NCBI GenBank assembly: GCA_050251875.1
Contig: JBFWMA010000001.1
Span: 250,456-314,455, forward strand
Length of the DNA: 64,000 bases
Direction of reading: 5' to 3'
Origin: Deferribacterales bacterium
GTDB lineage: Bacteria; Chrysiogenota; Deferribacteres; Deferribacterales; Geovibrionaceae
Positions 11,007-22,053 of this stretch are shown here, piece by piece; positions within the stretch are counted from its first letter, which is position 1, and each line of letters starts with the position of its first letter. The notes beneath the pieces were generated by a model. That model was not told where the DNA came from. It ran no database searches and saw only the letters and a list, made by a program, of their open reading frames with translations. Both the position numbers and the translations under genes were made by a program.

Positions 11007-12149
11007 TTATCTGATCTCCGTGTCGAAAACTTCCAGTGCTCTCTCCACTATATCGTCCATGTCGTAATATTTATATTCCGCCAGTCTGCCCAGCAGTATC
11101 AGGTTTTTGTATTTTTCCGCCAGCCCCACATATTCGTTGTACCGTTTCTGGTTTTCTTCGGTAAATATGGGGTAATAGGCGATATTTTTATCCCTGAAAT
11201 GAGGGATGGGATATTCTTTCAGGATGGTGGTTTTGTCGGTCACAGCCGGATGTATGCGTTTAAACTCGGTTATGCGGGTGTATTCGTGCTCGTTGGGATA
11301 GTTTACTGTACCGGTCTCCTGAAAATATTCCATATCCAGAGTCTCGAATTTCATGTCAACGCTTCTGTATGGCAGATCGCCGAATCTGTATCCGAATAGT
11401 TCGTCTATGGATCCGGTGTAGATGATTTTTCCTGAGAAATCCGAGCCGAAGAGCGTGAATCCGTTTTCCGTGACATTCATAACGTCTCTGAACGCCGTGT
11501 TCAGCATTATCCGGATGTTGTTGTGTTCCAGCATCCTGCTGAAAATTTCTGAATAGCCGTATTTCGGAACAGCCTGATATGTGTCGTTAAAATATCTGTC
11601 GTCTCTGCCGGCTAACACCGGCACTCTGGCTGTCACCGCTCCGTCCATGTCTTCGGGTTTCATACCCCACTGCTTAGCTGTGTAGTTCACGAAGACTTTG
11701 TCGTAAACAAAATCAGCCAGCCGCTGAAGATCGGCATCTTCGGATTTTTTCAGCTCCAGTATGGGCACCTTGGCGCCTTCCCCGTATCCGGAGGTCAGTT
11801 TATTCCTCAGTGTCTCTGCCTTATCAGCCGGAAAAAGCATGTCTATAGTGTTGAAATTAAAAGGAATAGGGACTTTCTGACCGTCTATGGACGCCAGAAC
11901 CTTGTGCTGATATGCCTGCCAGTGGGTAAAATTTGTGAGATAGTCGAAAACATCTCGGTTGTCTGTGTGAAACAGATGGGGACCGTATTTGTGAACGATT
12001 ATGCCGTTATCGTCACGGTAGTCATAGCAGTTGCCGCCCAGATGAGTTCTTTTGTCCATAACCAGCACAGTCTTATCAAGCTGAGACGCTATCCTCTCCG
12101 CTATCACCGCTCCGGCGAATCCGCACCCTACGACAATATAATCGTACAT
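11007..12149 (-). CDS. glf: UDP-galactopyranose mutase
   Basis: GCGFAG, GGNCYD, HKYGPHLFHT, YTAKQWG, GRLAEYKYYDMD. Confidence 0.97.
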   Translation of the reverse strand: MYDYIVVGCGFAGAVIAERIASQLDKTVLVMDKRTHLGGNCYDYRDDNGIIVHKYGPHLFHTDNRDVFDYLTNFTHWQAYQHKVLASIDGQKVPIPFNFNTIDMLFPADKAETLRNKLTSGYGEGAKVPILELKKSEDADLQRLADFVYDKVFVNYTAKQWGMKPEDMDGAVTARVPVLAGRDDRYFNDTYQAVPKYGYSEIFSRMLEHNNIRIMLNTAFRDVMNVTENGFTLFGSDFSGKIIYTGSIDELFGYRFGDLPYRSVDMKFETLDMEYFQETGTVNYPNEHEYTRITEFKRIHPAVTDKTTILKEYPIPHFRDKNIAYYPIFTEENQKRYNEYVGLAEKYKNLILLGRLAEYKYYDMDDIVERALEVFDTEIR

Positions 12150-12159
12150 AAATTTTTGT

Positions 12160-13482
12160 TTACGCCCCTATCTGATAATATTCAAATCCCATTTCGGACA
12201 TTCTGTCCTTGTTGTACTGGTTGCGTCCGTCGAAGATAACGGGATTTTTCAGGCTCTTCTGTATCTCTTCGAAGTCGGGGCTTCTGAATTCTTTCCATTC
12301 GGTTATCAGTATCATGGCGTCAGCGCCTTTCACCGCCAGATATTTGCTGTCTACATATTCCACTGACGTATTGCCTTTCAGATAACATTCCTGAGCCTCG
12401 TGAGCGGCCTTAGGATCATATGCCCGTACCTTCGCTCCACGTTTTGTCAGCTCGTTTATTATGGTGATGGACGCCGCCTCTCTCATGTCGTCTGTTTCCG
12501 GTTTGAAAGAGAGCCCCCACACAGCGAATGTCATGCCTGTCAGGTCTTCTCCGAAACGATTTATTACTTTTTCCGAGATCACTTTTTTCTGAGCGTAGTT
12601 CACTTCCTCCACAGCGGAGAGTATCTTGGGCTCATACCCGTTGTTCTGGGCGGTTTTTATCAGCGCCTGAACATCCTTGGGAAAACAGCTTCCGCCGTAT
12701 CCGCATCCGGGATAGATAAAGCTGTAGCCTATACGGCTGTCGCTGCCGATCCCTTTACGGACTTTATTCACGTCTGCGCCTACTTTTTCGCAGATGCGGG
12801 ATATCTCGTTGATGAAGGATATCTTGGTCGCCAGCATGGCGTTGGCAGCATATTTGGTCATTTCCGCTGAGCGGATGTCCATGTCGATGAATCTTTCGTG
12901 ATTCACGGTGAAGGGAGCGTATAGCTCACGCATGGTGTCCAGCGCCTTTTCGTTATCGGCGCCCACAACCACACGGTCGGGTTTCATGAAGTCGCCCACG
13001 GCAGCGCCCTCTTTCAGGAATTCAGGGTTGGATATCACATCGAATGTCAGATCGCTTCCACGCTCTTTCAGCGCCTGAGCGACAGTGGCTCTCACCTTGT
13101 CCGCCGTGCCTACCGGAACAGTGGATTTATCTATGATATACATGTGCCTGTCCATGTGCTGACCGATGCTTTTCGCCACCGCCAGAACATATTGCAGATC
13201 AGCGCTTCCGTCTTCTCCCATGGGGGTTCCCACAGCGATGAAGCAGATAGACGCTTTTTTCAGCGCCTCTTCTATTTTTGTGGTGAAGGCGAGGTCGCCT
13301 GATCTCACGTTTTTCAGAACTATGCCCTCAAGCCCGGGCTCATATATGGGGATGATGCCGTTTTTCAGGTTATTTACTTTCTTTTCGTCTATATCAACAC
13401 AGATGACCCTGTTTCCCATCTCCGCGAAACAAGCGCCTGTCACGAGTCCTACATATCCTGTTCCTACCACGGCTATATTCAT
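12160..13482 (-). CDS. ugd: UDP-glucose 6-dehydrogenase
   Basis: [43 protein letters not shown]. Confidence 0.96.
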   Translation of the reverse strand: MNIAVVGTGYVGLVTGACFAEMGNRVICVDIDEKKVNNLKNGIIPIYEPGLEGIVLKNVRSGDLAFTTKIEEALKKASICFIAVGTPMGEDGSADLQYVLAVAKSIGQHMDRHMYIIDKSTVPVGTADKVRATVAQALKERGSDLTFDVISNPEFLKEGAAVGDFMKPDRVVVGADNEKALDTMRELYAPFTVNHERFIDMDIRSAEMTKYAANAMLATKISFINEISRICEKVGADVNKVRKGIGSDSRIGYSFIYPGCGYGGSCFPKDVQALIKTAQNNGYEPKILSAVEEVNYAQKKVISEKVINRFGEDLTGMTFAVWGLSFKPETDDMREAASITIINELTKRGAKVRAYDPKAAHEAQECYLKGNTSVEYVDSKYLAVKGADAMILITEWKEFRSPDFEEIQKSLKNPVIFDGRNQYNKDRMSEMGFEYYQIGA

Positions 13483-14432
13483 GCTATCTCTCCGGTTTTT
13501 CTAAGTAATTCATCGAAGTAAGCAATGGTATATTTCAGCCCTTCTTCCAGCATTATCGTTGGTTCCCATCCGAGTTCCTTTTTTGCGAGAGTTATGTCGG
13601 GTTTTCTCTGCATAGGGTCGTCCTGAGGCAGGGGTTTATACACCAGCTTGCTCTTACTGCCTACCATATCGATAACTTTTCTGGCAAGTTGAATAATTGT
13701 AAACTCTCCCGGATTACCTATGTTCACAGGCCCGGTGAAATCGTCCCTGGTGTCCATCATCTTCAGGAAGCCTCTGATGAGGTCGTCGCAGTAACAGAAA
13801 CTTCTGGTCTGGTTGCCCTCCCCGTAGATGGTTATGTCTTCGTTCTTCAGCGCCTGAACTATGAAGTTGCTCACCACACGCCCGTCATTGGGGTGCATTC
13901 TGGGACCGTAGGTGTTGAATATCCTGACTACTTTTATGTTCAGATTATGCTGACGGTGATAGTCGAAGAAGAGTGTCTCGGCGCATCTCTTTCCCTCGTC
14001 ATAGCATGCCCTGATGCCGATGGGGTTGACTGAGCCTTTATATGTTTCCGGCTGGGGGTGTATCTCCGGATCGCCGTACACTTCGGATGTGGATGCCTGA
14101 AGAATTTTTATCTTCAGACGTTTAGCCAGACCTAGCATGTTGATGGCGCCCATGACGGATGTCTTTGTCGTTTGCACCGGGTCGAACTGATAGTGCACGG
14201 GGCTCGCCGGACAGGCGAGGTTGTATATCTCGTCCACCTCCACATAGAGCGGAAAGGTGATGTCATGGCGCATGATTTCAAAATTCTTATTATCCAGCAG
14301 GTGTTTTATGTTGTCACGTCTTCCGGTGAAGAAGTTGTCGACACAGAGAACCTCATCGCCTCTGTTAAGAAGTTTTTCGCAGAGATGGCTGCCCAGAAAG
14401 CCTGAACCGCCTGTTACCAGTATTCTTTTCAT
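13479..14432 (-). CDS. uxs: UDP-glucuronic acid decarboxylase (UDP-xylose synthase)
   Basis: [41 protein letters not shown]; start placed at the second ATG (MKRILV). Confidence 0.93.
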   Translation of the reverse strand: MKRILVTGGSGFLGSHLCEKLLNRGDEVLCVDNFFTGRRDNIKHLLDNKNFEIMRHDITFPLYVEVDEIYNLACPASPVHYQFDPVQTTKTSVMGAINMLGLAKRLKIKILQASTSEVYGDPEIHPQPETYKGSVNPIGIRACYDEGKRCAETLFFDYHRQHNLNIKVVRIFNTYGPRMHPNDGRVVSNFIVQALKNEDITIYGEGNQTRSFCYCDDLIRGFLKMMDTRDDFTGPVNIGNPGEFTIIQLARKVIDMVGSKSKLVYKPLPQDDPMQRKPDITLAKKELGWEPTIMLEEGLKYTIAYFDELLRKTGEIA

Positions 14433-14504
14433 ATGTTTGTCCATTGTGTTAGTAGAACACTAATGTATAACATATTTGTGAAGGATTTAAAAGACTGGTT
14501 TTTC

Positions 14505-14532
14505 AAAAAAAGAGCGGGATGAAATCCCGCTC
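14505..14532 (-). terminator. intrinsic terminator after the MCP gene
   Basis: 9-bp stem GAGCGGGAT/ATCCCGCTC followed by T7 on the minus strand. Confidence 0.8.
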
Positions 14533-14548
14533 ATAAGACTGAGTTTAG

Positions 14549-16321
14549 TTATTTTACAGAATATCTGCTGGATTCGGTTTCCAGAACCTCGCCTTCGTGG
14601 CGCAGGTTGACGCTCATTTCAGCCAGAACGTTAGCCGCCTCGTTGATCTCCCGTATGCCCACAGAAACCTGATTGATGGCGTTCTCCATCTGAGAAATCG
14701 CCGCCGCCTGCTGCTGGATGGCTGATACCACCTGTGGGATATTGTCTGACGTCATGATGGAGTTCTCTTTGGTCTGGTGCGCCATATCCTTCAGACTGCT
14801 CATGAAATCAGAAACACCGCTGACCTGTGTTATATTGCTCTCAACACTCTTAACAGCGCCGTCCACCTGTCTGTTGTTCTGGTTGATGATGTCGGATATC
14901 TCTTTTACCGAGTCAACTGTTCTCTCCGCCAGCTTGCGCACTTCGTCCGCCACCACGGCGAACCCTCTGCCTGCCTCTCCTGCTCTGGCCGCCTCTATGG
15001 CTGCGTTGAGTGAAAGCAGGTTGGTCTGGTCGGCTATGTCGTTTATCAGCCCCAAAATATCGTACATGGATTCAGAGTTCTTCTTCAGAGTGTTGATGGA
15101 GTTGATCAGATCATTGTTGGACATAACAATTTTCTGTATCATCTTTTCGCCTTCTTCGGTGCTGGCCTCGGATTTTTCGGCGAAGAGACGGCTCTCTTTC
15201 GCCAGTTCTTCCGTCTGGGTCACTTTTCTGGCGGTGTCCTCTATGCCGGCGTTGATCTGCTGCATAGCGACATTAATCTGCGAAACCTCCTGATTCTGCT
15301 GGGTCACGTTAGCCCCCAGCTCCTCAGTGGATGAAGAGAGGGTTCCGGAACCCAGATTCAGTTTGTCCGCTGTGTCTTTTATGCTTTTTATGGAGCTTGA
15401 AAGTTTGATTATCATGGCAGAGTTGAACTGGTTTAGCATGCTCAGTTCGTTGCCTGATTTCAGCTCTTTTTTATAATAATCGCATTCCTCACATGATTTG
15501 TACTCTTTGTTCTTTATCTTGAGACATTCAACAGTCATACCCAGCTTGGGCGCTTCGCTTCCCACTGTGAGATAACATGGAGCGCCGGGCATGGCAAATG
15601 CGGAACAGCTCTTATCGCCGCACTTCATATGATCCGCGCATGTGCATGAAAGCCCGAGGTTTTTTCCGTTAAAAACGAGATTGCCCTTCGCCACGTCTAC
15701 GAAAGAGTTAAGAAGCTCACGCATATTGTGCTGAAATTTTTTCATGATCAGAAGCAGAGCGACTATTATAACGAATAGCCCGGCGACGCAGACCGCCAGT
15801 ACGCTGAGTTTTACTCTATTAAAAGGAGCGAACAGCTCGTTCACCTCATATCCTGCCGCCACTATCCAGTCTTTTTTTGGATAATATTCGTATTTGACGA
15901 GTTTTGTCGCGTTGTTGAAATCATATTTCAGTGTTCCGGTCTTTTGTTTCAGCATTGTTTTAGCGAAATCATACTGCGCTATGCTCTTGCCCACCAGTTC
16001 CTGATTTTTGTGATATAACAGTTTGCCTGATGGATCCATGATGAAGAAATATCCGTTTTCGCCCAGACTGACTGTGTTCACGAGATCGTCTATGAGCTCA
16101 TACCGCCCGTTTTCGTCCGGGTCTCCCGTTGTTTCGTGTTTCACAACGTGCATCAGCACCTTGTTCATCTCCACCGCTCTCATTTCGGATATGTTGACGG
16201 CGTTTTTTGTGTTCATCTTGCTGGTGATGATGAAGATAGTGGAAAAGATTATCAGAAGAATGATTACCATTGGCATCAGCAACTGAACAGACACGCTTTT
16301 GTTGCTTAATAAACCACGCAT
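14549..16321 (-). CDS. methyl-accepting chemotaxis protein (Cache domain, Cys-rich insert in the HAMP region)
   Basis: Two TM segments, Cache-like [13 protein letters not shown] hairpin [43 protein letters not shown] before the ATG at 16321. Confidence 0.95.
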   Translation of the reverse strand: MRGLLSNKSVSVQLLMPMVIILLIIFSTIFIITSKMNTKNAVNISEMRAVEMNKVLMHVVKHETTGDPDENGRYELIDDLVNTVSLGENGYFFIMDPSGKLLYHKNQELVGKSIAQYDFAKTMLKQKTGTLKYDFNNATKLVKYEYYPKKDWIVAAGYEVNELFAPFNRVKLSVLAVCVAGLFVIIVALLLIMKKFQHNMRELLNSFVDVAKGNLVFNGKNLGLSCTCADHMKCGDKSCSAFAMPGAPCYLTVGSEAPKLGMTVECLKIKNKEYKSCEECDYYKKELKSGNELSMLNQFNSAMIIKLSSSIKSIKDTADKLNLGSGTLSSSTEELGANVTQQNQEVSQINVAMQQINAGIEDTARKVTQTEELAKESRLFAEKSEASTEEGEKMIQKIVMSNNDLINSINTLKKNSESMYDILGLINDIADQTNLLSLNAAIEAARAGEAGRGFAVVADEVRKLAERTVDSVKEISDIINQNNRQVDGAVKSVESNITQVSGVSDFMSSLKDMAHQTKENSIMTSDNIPQVVSAIQQQAAAISQMENAINQVSVGIREINEAANVLAEMSVNLRHEGEVLETESSRYSVK

Positions 16322-16515
16322 ATGACCTCCGTAGTGCAATAAAAGAGTATTTCCGGGCGTGTTTTAAAATAAAAATTTATATTAAAACTGTATAATGGAA
16401 TTGTCGGAATGTCAAATGTTGAAAATTTGTTAATACGGTAATTAAATAACAGTATCCCTGCTGTTGGCGACAGCGGGCGGCTGTGTGAAAAATGTTAATG
16501 CTTCAGGCTGTTTTA

Positions 16516-17085
16516 TTACTGCTGCTGCTGGCTGTTCTGCGTGTATTTTGCGGAGAGCTGTTTCAGATATCTGTCCTCTTCGCTGTATATACATCCGCAG
16601 TATTGCTGGCGGTACATTCCCAGCGCTTTTGACCCTTCGATGCCGTCTTTCCATCCCTCTCGGAAATCGTGATAGAAGAAGCCGACATTATACTTTGACG
16701 CCATTTCGTTTGCAATTTCCACCATCAGATCATGGTTCTGATATCTGCTGTAGAGCAGTGTACTGGTGAAAGAGTCGAATCCGTGCTGCTTCGCTGTCAT
16801 CGCAGTCATTTCCAGACGTATTCTGTAGCAGTATCCGCACCTGCCCGTATGGTTCTGCGCCGTATTTTTCAGAAAATCGACCAGACCGTATGTCTCGTCC
16901 AGAATCAGCGGAATATTTTCCGATCTGTCAAATGCGGTCAGCGTCTCCAGGCGTTTATAGAATTCTGTCACCGGATGTATGTTCGGGTTGAACCAGTATC
17001 CGCCCAGATCGTGTCCCATTCCTTTCAGGATTCTCACAGGATATACGGAGCAGGGTCCGCAGCATTGGTGGAGAAGTATTTTCAC
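16516..17085 (-). CDS. queH: epoxyqueuosine reductase QueH
   Basis: LLHQCCGPCS, FNPNIHP, RCGYCY, YRQQYCGC; GTG start at 17085 with upstream GAGG. Confidence 0.92.
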   Translation of the reverse strand: MKILLHQCCGPCSVYPVRILKGMGHDLGGYWFNPNIHPVTEFYKRLETLTAFDRSENIPLILDETYGLVDFLKNTAQNHTGRCGYCYRIRLEMTAMTAKQHGFDSFTSTLLYSRYQNHDLMVEIANEMASKYNVGFFYHDFREGWKDGIEGSKALGMYRQQYCGCIYSEEDRYLKQLSAKYTQNSQQQQ

Positions 17086-17182
17086 CTTACTACCTCTATT
17101 GTTTCTGTGAATGTAATGTATCAGAATTTTTATTTCAATACGCAAGATTTTTAGTTTATACTATTTTGTTAAGAGGTGAAAG

Positions 17183-17740
17183 ATGAGCAAAGTGATTGTT
17201 GTTCTGGCTGATGGGTTTGAAGAGATCGAGGCTGTATCCGTGATAGATATTCTCAGAAGAGCCGAGATAGAGACAGATGTGTGCGGTCTGACATCGGACA
17301 CGATAGTCAGTGCCAGAGACATAAAAATTGTGCCGGACAAAGCGATCACAGATATAAATCCCGATGAATACGACATGATCGTTCTGCCGGGCGGGCTCAG
17401 AGGCGCCAAGAACATTGACGAGAGTGAGACCGTTCATAAGATACTCGAAAAATTTATGAAAGAGGAAAAATATATAGCCGCCATCTGCGCATCGCCTTAT
17501 ATTCTGGCGAAGAAAGGGATGCTGGACGGCAGACTTGCCACATGTTTTCCCACATTCAAGGGCATAGTGGCAGAGGTGTGCAACTATCAGCATGCCGGTG
17601 TTGTTGTGGATGAAAATGTGATAACCAGCAGAGGTCCGGCCACCGCTGCCGAATTTTCCTTTACGCTGGTGGAGCTTCTGAAAGACGAGGGTACAGCCGA
17701 CCGTCTCAGAGAAATGATGCTGTTTACTAACTCAAAATAA
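17183..17740 (+). CDS. DJ-1/YajL (ThiJ) family protein
   Basis: GFEEIEA, LPGG, AAICASP, ITSRGP. Confidence 0.93.
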   Translation: MSKVIVVLADGFEEIEAVSVIDILRRAEIETDVCGLTSDTIVSARDIKIVPDKAITDINPDEYDMIVLPGGLRGAKNIDESETVHKILEKFMKEEKYIAAICASPYILAKKGMLDGRLATCFPTFKGIVAEVCNYQHAGVVVDENVITSRGPATAAEFSFTLVELLKDEGTADRLREMMLFTNSK

Positions 17741-18783
17741 TGTCATTATTAATATTCTATATATCCATAGCGATAGCCGTGTCTTTTATCTGCTCGATTT
17801 TTGAGGCCGTGCTTCTGAGTATCACCCCGGCATATGCCGCCAGCCTGAAGGGAACCAACCCGGCTCTGGGGCAGCTGCTTGATTCTCTGAAAAAAGACGT
17901 GGAGAAACCGCTCGCCGCAATACTGAGCATGAACACCATAGCGCATACCGTCGGTGCCGCCGGAGCCGGCGCACAGGCAGCGCATGTTTTCGGTGATGAG
18001 TATGTGGGGGCTATCTCCGCCGTTCTCACACTGATGATTCTGGTGCTGTCAGAGATAGTTCCCAAGACCATCGGCGCTCTGTACTGGAAGCATCTCGTAT
18101 CTTTCTGCGTACCTGCCATCAAGATACTGACTGTCATGATGTATCCTCTGGTTCTGCTGTCCAAAGGCGTCACATATTTTCTGGCGAGAAAAGAGAAAGA
18201 GAATACCGTGGACAAGGACGAGTTCCTCGCTCTGGCGGAGATAGGGGTGAAAGAGGGAATCATTACGGAGCAGGAGGCGAGGGTTGTGAAAAACCTGTTT
18301 CTGCTCAGAAACGTAAAAGCAAACGATATAATGACACCCAGAACGGTTATATTCGCCTTTGACGAAAATGTTACGTCCAGAGAGATAGTTGAAAAATATG
18401 AGGATATGGCTTTTTCCAGAATACCTGTGTATGTTGAGGATGTTGACAGAATATCCGGTTTCGTTCTGAAGAGCGATATCTACAGATACGCTCTGGGCAA
18501 AGGACCGGACCTACCCCTGTCCGCCTTCAAAAGGGATATATGCGTGTTCATAGAGTGGGTCAGCGTTTATGACGTTTATGAGGAGCTGATAAACCGGAAA
18601 GAACATATCAGCCTGTTGGTGGATGAATACGGCGGAACTGCCGGAATCATCACGCTGGAGGATATATTCGAAACCCTGATAGGGCTGGAGATAGTGGATG
18701 AGAAGGACAGGGTGACGGATATGCAGCAGTTCGCCGAACAGCAGTGGAAACAGAGAGCCGCCAGAATAGGCGCCAGAAAATAG
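17740..18783 (+). CDS. CNNM (DUF21) + CBS domain protein, hemolysin-like
   Basis: SFICSIFEAVLLS, SEIVPKTIG, IMTPR, FSRIPVY, VDEYGG. Confidence 0.92.
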   Translation: MSLLIFYISIAIAVSFICSIFEAVLLSITPAYAASLKGTNPALGQLLDSLKKDVEKPLAAILSMNTIAHTVGAAGAGAQAAHVFGDEYVGAISAVLTLMILVLSEIVPKTIGALYWKHLVSFCVPAIKILTVMMYPLVLLSKGVTYFLARKEKENTVDKDEFLALAEIGVKEGIITEQEARVVKNLFLLRNVKANDIMTPRTVIFAFDENVTSREIVEKYEDMAFSRIPVYVEDVDRISGFVLKSDIYRYALGKGPDLPLSAFKRDICVFIEWVSVYDVYEELINRKEHISLLVDEYGGTAGIITLEDIFETLIGLEIVDEKDRVTDMQQFAEQQWKQRAARIGARK

Positions 18784-18884
18784 TATTAATTTCGCTGAAA
18801 ACTGAATTATAACAGTACGAGGCGGTCATAGTTAGGTAATAATTTTGAGGTTCAGCCGTCTGCTGAACCGAGATGGAGATAATA

Positions 18885-19628
18885 ATGTTAAAGAAGATTA
18901 TAGTTTTTGTTATTTTTGTTGCTGCCGCAGTATCATACGCTCAGGGACCCACTGACTCGGAGCTTATAATATTCGCCGCGCAGAAATATAAGGTGGACTA
19001 TACGGCTCAGACCCCCAAGTCTAAAGACGACATAAAAAAGGAATACATGATTATGTCTATTCTTGGACCTAAGATACTGGCGCAGGGTATGCAGAACGAC
19101 CCCGAATACAAAATAGCGGCTAATACTCTGGCTGTGGAGGTGTGGTCTAAGAGATTCACAGACAGCCTGAATATTCCGGACGCCACACTGCGCAAGCTGT
19201 ACTCACAGCACGATCTCAAAACTCCTCCGGCTTTTAACCTGCACAATATTCTGGTGAAGGATGAGCAGGCGGCAACTGTTCTGGTGAACAGTCTTGGACT
19301 GACCAAGGACAGCCAGGCGCTTCTGGACAAGTTCGGGGAAGCGGCCAAAAAGCAGTCTCTTGATCCGGTGACAGCTCAGACAGGCGGCAAAATAGGCTGG
19401 ATAGAGATAGGCAGGCTGAGTCAGGACATACAGAACGCCTTAGAGAATAAAAAGAAAGGCGATATTTTCAAGGTCAAAGTAAGCAACGCAGGCTGGCAGG
19501 TGTTCTATATAGAAGATCTGAAGCCCGCCAGAAAAGCCACATTTGAAGAGGCTAAACCCACTCTGGTCAATGTAGTGAAACAGGCGGAACTGGGCGAAAA
19601 AGTAAAAGAGATGCTGAAAAGCAAATAA
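18885..19628 (+). CDS. exported parvulin/PpiC-type peptidyl-prolyl isomerase
   Basis: Signal peptide, HNILV, SLDP...GGKIGW, GWQVF. Confidence 0.8.
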   Translation: MLKKIIVFVIFVAAAVSYAQGPTDSELIIFAAQKYKVDYTAQTPKSKDDIKKEYMIMSILGPKILAQGMQNDPEYKIAANTLAVEVWSKRFTDSLNIPDATLRKLYSQHDLKTPPAFNLHNILVKDEQAATVLVNSLGLTKDSQALLDKFGEAAKKQSLDPVTAQTGGKIGWIEIGRLSQDIQNALENKKKGDIFKVKVSNAGWQVFYIEDLKPARKATFEEAKPTLVNVVKQAELGEKVKEMLKSK

Positions 19629-19693
19629 TAGTTTTTCACTTTGTCCCCATTATTAGCACATAATTTGCTTGTAAAACACCAGAGAGGTGAGTT

Positions 19694-20275
19694 ATGAGCG
19701 GAATATGGGCTGTAAAAAATGAGGAAGAGAACGGGCAGGTGAAGTTTCAGAAACTTTCAACTGTCTCTCAGCAAATAGATTTTACTCATATGATATTGAG
19801 TGCGTCGAACGCTGATATTTCCGGCTCCGGTACGCCGCTGGCGGAAAAGATTGCCGATATGGCTCCCACCAGAGAGAACGTGGCGGAAATTTCCTCCTAC
19901 ATGCGTCAGTGTGTGGAAAAGGCGTTCAGGGAAGCCGGGCTGTCATATGGTCCGGATGTGAAGTTTTCCGTGGATCCGGGCGGCGGTCTGAGCATCACCG
20001 GCGACAGGAGCGATATTGAGCAGGTTCGGGCGCTGTTTGAGTCCGACGAGAGTCTTTCTGATGATATGAAGACATTTCTGGAATTCGCGGATAAGATGCC
20101 GCAATATGAAAGGATGCTGGAATATCAGATAAAGCTCGCCAACTGCGAGACGGAGGCGGAAGAGGATCTGCTGTATGAAGAGTATGAAGATCTCTTCGAC
20201 GGCGAGGACCACTATGAGACGTCCGCCGTGTTCGGAAGCACCGGAATCAGTATGGAATACGAATACATAGAATAA
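19694..20275 (+). CDS. hypothetical acidic protein
   Basis: 193-aa ORF with GAGG RBS and a downstream terminator; no family recognised. Confidence 0.7.
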   Translation: MSGIWAVKNEEENGQVKFQKLSTVSQQIDFTHMILSASNADISGSGTPLAEKIADMAPTRENVAEISSYMRQCVEKAFREAGLSYGPDVKFSVDPGGGLSITGDRSDIEQVRALFESDESLSDDMKTFLEFADKMPQYERMLEYQIKLANCETEAEEDLLYEEYEDLFDGEDHYETSAVFGSTGISMEYEYIE

Positions 20276-20299
20276 AAAAAGGGGGCTTAAGCCCCCTTT
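20274..20299. terminator. bidirectional terminator between the hypothetical gene and tpx
   Basis: A7-GGGGGC TTAA GCCCCC-TTT between convergent genes. Confidence 0.8.
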
Positions 20300-20304
20300 A
20301 TTGT

Positions 20305-20811
20305 TTATTTCTTCAGAAAAGCGATGAGCTTGTCATAGTCGGGGGCGTTTGTAGCCTCGGGAACATATTCCACATATGTCACAGTGTCGTTCTTATCCAC
20401 TACGAAGACGGCTCTGGCGAGCAGTCTCAGCTCCTTGATCAGAACACCGAAAGCTGTGCCGAATGAAGCGTCTCTGTGGTCGCTCAGCGCCACTGCCTTG
20501 TCTATCTCTGCCACAGTGCAGAAGCGTTTGATAGCGAAAGGAAGATCCATGCTGATGTTCAGCATTACCACATCATCGCCCATAGAGGCTACTTCTGTGT
20601 TGAGTCTTCTGAGCTGAAAATCGCAGACGGGAGTATCCAGAGAGGGCGTAACGCTGATAACCTTGGTTTTTCCGGCGTAGTCCGCCAGTGTGACGGGCGC
20701 CAGCGCCTGTGAAACAACGGTGAAGGCGGGTGCTTTGTCGCCTGTTTTTATCTCTGCCCCTACCAGTGTCATGGGGTTTCCTTTCATTGTAACAGCGCCT
20801 TTTCTTTCCAT
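20305..20811 (-). CDS. tpx: thiol peroxidase (atypical 2-Cys peroxiredoxin)
   Basis: PSLDTPVC, ISMDLPFA..RFC, LLARAVFVVD; GGAG RBS before the ATG at 20811. Confidence 0.96.
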   Translation of the reverse strand: MERKGAVTMKGNPMTLVGAEIKTGDKAPAFTVVSQALAPVTLADYAGKTKVISVTPSLDTPVCDFQLRRLNTEVASMGDDVVMLNISMDLPFAIKRFCTVAEIDKAVALSDHRDASFGTAFGVLIKELRLLARAVFVVDKNDTVTYVEYVPEATNAPDYDKLIAFLKK

Positions 20812-21011
20812 ATGGTTTTCTCCTTGTATTTGTGATAAATTAATTATACACGATTTTAATAAAAAGACTAAATAAAGGTGTTTTTTGTTCAGAACATTTT
20901 TCAACAAGCCGATTGTCTAATAAATCCTGCCGCATGGGATCACAGTATGACTGCGTCCATACGGCGACAGGATATTTCAGCAGTCTCCTTAAATAGTTAT
21001 GGGAGAATGAA

Positions 21012-21974
21012 ATGAAAAAACATTACAGAATAGTATACGCCAACAGAGAAAAATATACTCTGGAGGACGGCAGATCAGCCGTGTTAGCCGGCAGAGTGCG
21101 CTACAGCACACATTCGTATCCAGTTACAGGCGACATAGTAGAGGTCTCCGGCGAAGGGGACAATGCCGTCATAGAGAATATCCAGAACAGGTCTTCTGAG
21201 CTCCGGCGAAAGAATCCGTCCGGAGAGGGCATGCAGACCATGGCGGCGAACGTCACCCATGTTCTGATAGTGATGGCTATGGACGCCAACTTCAGCCTGC
21301 GCAGGCTGGAGAGGTTCATGGTGCTCGCCAGATCGGCGGACGTGATACCCGTTGTGGCTCTTACCAAGGCGGATATTGTTGATCCGGTGCGGGCGGCTGT
21401 GCTGGAGAGAGAAGCGGCGGAGATAACCAACGGAGCTGTTTTCGTTACCAGCACTGTGACATGGGAAGGCATAGAGGAGCTGAAGTCATATTTCGGGCAC
21501 AGCGATATTATATGTCTGGCAGGATTGTCCGGCGCCGGTAAATCATCTCTGCTGAACGCCATGTACGGCGATGAGGTCATGAAGACCGCGCAGGTGAGAG
21601 AATCAGATGAAAAAGGCGTGCACACCACCACCGTCAGATATATGGTGCAGACTCCTTCCGGATGCTGGATCATGGATATGCCTGGGATAAAAGAGGTGGG
21701 TATAGGCGCTGACGCTGACGCTGTTTCCGAGGTTTTCGATGACATAGAAGAGCTGTCGATCGGATGCAAATTCGCCGACTGTACCCATCAGGAAGAACCG
21801 GGATGCGCTGTGAAGCAGGCTGTGGAAGAGGGCATCATCACCGCTGAAAGGCTGAAAAGCTATCTGAAGCTGATGGACGAGGCGGACGCTGAGCAGATCA
21901 AGCTGTGGCGCAGACAGAAAGACAAGCGCATAAGCAAGCTGGCGAAAGAAGCCGCAAAACACAAAAAAAGATAA
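21012..21974 (+). CDS. rsgA: ribosome small subunit-dependent GTPase A
   Basis: Circularly permuted GTPase (TKAD, GLSGAGKSS, HTTT, DMPG) and Zn site CKFADCTHQEEPGC. Confidence 0.93.
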   Translation: MKKHYRIVYANREKYTLEDGRSAVLAGRVRYSTHSYPVTGDIVEVSGEGDNAVIENIQNRSSELRRKNPSGEGMQTMAANVTHVLIVMAMDANFSLRRLERFMVLARSADVIPVVALTKADIVDPVRAAVLEREAAEITNGAVFVTSTVTWEGIEELKSYFGHSDIICLAGLSGAGKSSLLNAMYGDEVMKTAQVRESDEKGVHTTTVRYMVQTPSGCWIMDMPGIKEVGIGADADAVSEVFDDIEELSIGCKFADCTHQEEPGCAVKQAVEEGIITAERLKSYLKLMDEADAEQIKLWRRQKDKRISKLAKEAAKHKKR

Positions 21975-21982
21975 ATCTGACC

Positions 21983-22015
21983 GGGCGTGCGTGTATCAGC
22001 GCATGCCCTTTTTTT
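21983..22015 (+). terminator. intrinsic terminator after rsgA
   Basis: GGGCGTGCG...CGCATGCCC stem followed by T7. Confidence 0.8.
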
Positions 22016-22053
22016 ATAACGCGATATATGTTATTGTGATTTCGGAGGATGTT

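Noticed and set aside
19654..19669. Sigma-54-like site TAGCAC-N5-TTGCT before the acidic hypothetical gene
   Set aside because: Lacks the near-invariant GG at -24; cannot be supported without TSS data.
22016..22036. ATAAC-N9-GTTAT inverted repeat before nikR as an autoregulatory operator
   Set aside because: Short AT-rich match whose spacing does not fit known NikR operators; chance occurrence is likely.
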